Of a stretch of 36,577 nucleotides of DNA, positions 34,193 to 36,577 are shown one piece after another. Positions within the stretch are counted from its first letter, which is position 1. Every line of letters starts with the position of its first letter. Below the pieces are notes generated by a model. The model saw nothing but the letters and a program-made list of their open reading frames with translations. It was not told the DNA's origin and ran no database searches. A program made the position numbers and the translations under genes. The stretch spans positions 7,942,848 to 7,979,424 of the forward strand of contig NC_068997.1 in the NCBI RefSeq assembly GCF_001194135.2. Direction: 5' to 3'. Origin of the DNA: Octopus bimaculoides (lineage: Eukaryota).

Positions 34193-36251
34193 TCATAATA
34201 TGCAGACATTTCTCATAGCACCAGTACACTGTTTACAAATGCTTACATTTTTAATGTTTTCCGTGAATTTATAACGGGTCTAGCTAGTATATTATTATTT
34301 CGTCTAAACATAACAACACTGATAACCACTTGCTAGAACTCAATATGCCTTTATTTCCACTAAACCAATACAGACAGCCATATCAATTAATAAATCAATG
34401 ACAAAGGAACAGAAGATACGTAATCGCTTTCATTGGCTTACAACTGTTTCTGCTTTAAGTAAGCGTGCACTCAGAGTTGAGTGTCAGTGCGATATTTTAT
34501 AGCTTTCTCAGAGCCATTTGAATAAAGTGTTTATTTTTACATAGTAAGCATCTAGAGAAGTCGTGATAGTCTCACTGACTAACGTGGAGAATACCAAGGA
34601 CGAAAATAACTGTGGCGCTGATGAAATTTCTTTATTTTTACAACATCAGATAAGATTCACAGCAAAAGCTGTGTTCCAAAAGATGAACGAGCTCCAAATA
34701 TATTGCAGCACCAGTAGCTGATTATTGATTGGCTAAAACGTGAGTTAAACGTAGTCATGTGAAATACAAAATGGCTCGTGTCGTGTAAACTAATTTCAGT
34801 GTTAGAATTTTGTTAACGAAATAAAAGTCTACAACGAGACAAAAGAGCAACTCACCCGAAATGTAATCTATTTTCTCTCACCTCACATCAACTTACTTTT
34901 CTTGTCAAAAAGTTTGATGAGGGTCATTAAGAAGCTAACTAAGAAAGTCCGATCCTTTTTCTTTCGTGTACCAACGAGATTTCGCACGAATTGAAATTTG
35001 AACAGCCCGCGTTTAAATTTAAGCCACGGGCAGCTCAAAACAGTAATTCAGTGTCAGTTTTGTGCCCCACGAAGTTGTAAAATAGAAGAGTCCGTATCTT
35101 TATCTGCATATGCGTCCCTCATGTTTTTATGCTTTTACAATACATTCCTGCTCTATATAGATGCTCGACTGAGTGAGAATAACAGCCAAATGTCATTCAA
35201 AACACACTCTACCTTCATCAAAAAGGAAAAGCATAAATTGCATAAAGCAGCTCTATATAACCCAAAAATACGAAATGGTCACACTTATAAAGCTATTGGT
35301 CATTTGTCCATTTTAGCAGAGTTGAAACACCACAAAATATTTTTATCTAAATCATAAATTTTTATCTAAATTTTCCTCTATCTCGTTCTGTCTCATTTTC
35401 TAAATTTTTTTTTTTTTGTTGTTGCTTAGAAGCAAATTATTTTCAACTCCTTCACACAGGAGAAAGGACATCGATCATGATGTCATTAATGGTGACAGGG
35501 AGTTCTTCACTAAAGTGGAAACTTTCCAAATCTTTGCGACAGAATGGACTCCCTTGAAGACACCGAAGGTCCATTTGGTGATTTACACCTTACGAGGAAT
35601 TACGTAAAGGTTCTATTGACGAGCCTCTGCACAGTTTTTTAGGGCTACCAAAAATTCACTCTGAAGACTTTGGTCAACTATCGGCTAAAGTACAGAAGAA
35701 ACCCAAGAAAGTAGCACGTAGCTGCGAAACTAACTCCTTAATCACCCAACAATGCTTGCATCTAGAGATGCTTATACGAAGCTGAATGAACATTGTTAAG
35801 GGGAAATATTATCTGGCCATCGCAATACATTATACAACATAGATTAGATTCAATATCACGGTAGAGACAAACTAGCCCCTTATTTTGAAGATTTCTTCAT
35901 ACAATGTATCAAATAAAAACAAGCCTTGTAGAATATATTTATTATTCCTAGATATATTCTAACGAAAGATTGAATTTTGACCTACTGGTTTGATGTACTC
36001 ACCACTGATGGAAACGGTTGGATTTACGCAGGGGAAGAGAGCATACCCTAACTTTTCAGCTCACAGTGGAGGAGAAGACTTTTAGCGTCCAGTCCTCCTT
36101 CCTTCGTCCCCCAACTTAACCCTCATCGATCTCAGTGTACCCCTGCTTCGTAAAACCCGCTCTTATCGCCATTGGTGTTGAGACTGTCTCTACAAAGACA
36201 CTCAGATATTTTAGTGTCGTTGTACAGATTTCTACGATGTCAAAAGAAGAG

Positions 36252-36345
36252 AAGGTGACGAGCTAGCAGAATCGTTTTCTTCCGATTATATTCTGAGCTC
36301 AAATCTCACCGAAATCAACTTTGTCTTTGGCGGTCGAATGAATAA
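36252..36345 (+). mobile_element. Degenerate family B SINE fragment
   Basis: gaaggtgacgagctagcagaatcg...ttctgagctcaaatctcaccgaaatcaactttgtcttt. Confidence 0.55.
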
Positions 36346-36577
36346 AATATCAATCAAGCTCTAGTTTGATGGTATCGATTGATTCTTTCCCTTCAAGTTT
36401 GCAGTCTTTCGGCCTCAATCCAGAAATCATTGAGTCAAAACGAGAGTCCTCGTAAACTGAAAGTGATTTGCGCCGGCAAAACTTCGGCAGTTATATTTAT
36501 ATGTCGTGGGGAGCGAAAGACTTTCTCTAAGACGAAGCTCGGAAGTTCAGATTCTTTAAAATAAAATTATTGAAATC

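Noticed and set aside
36003-36230. Minus-strand exon ending at a strong donor (AGTG|gtgagt at 36003)
   Set aside because: No convincing acceptor or ORF; it cannot be linked to the minus-strand gene from sequence alone.

Overview
AT-rich eukaryotic genomic DNA with many microsatellites, six N gaps and a SINE/MITE landscape that resembles an octopus (coleoid cephalopod); the taxon is inferred from the repeats. A complete 11-exon + strand gene (ATG 954 to TGA 14388, 2478 nt, 825 aa) is recognisably ZC3H3. All intron phases close, and its fifth CCCH finger appears degenerate. A convergent - strand gene of unknown identity encodes an acidic, Ser/Asp/Asn-rich, probably disordered protein (exons 30824-30510 and 21969-20950; upstream exons uncertain). 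The rest is transposon-derived: two divergent Penelope-like retroelement (PLE) remnants (RT and/or C-terminal GIY-YIG), each followed by a type-I hammerhead ribozyme motif; an internally deleted mariner; a Helitron PIF1-helicase fragment; a ~395-bp foldback element in a ZC3H3 intron; and several tRNA-derived SINEs. No rRNA, true tRNA or CRISPR array was seen. No clearly new multi-gene system is supported. The best leads are the hammerheads, the altered ZC3H3 finger, the intronic dsRNA-forming repeats and the orphan protein. All homology calls come from motif recognition by eye, not from database searches.
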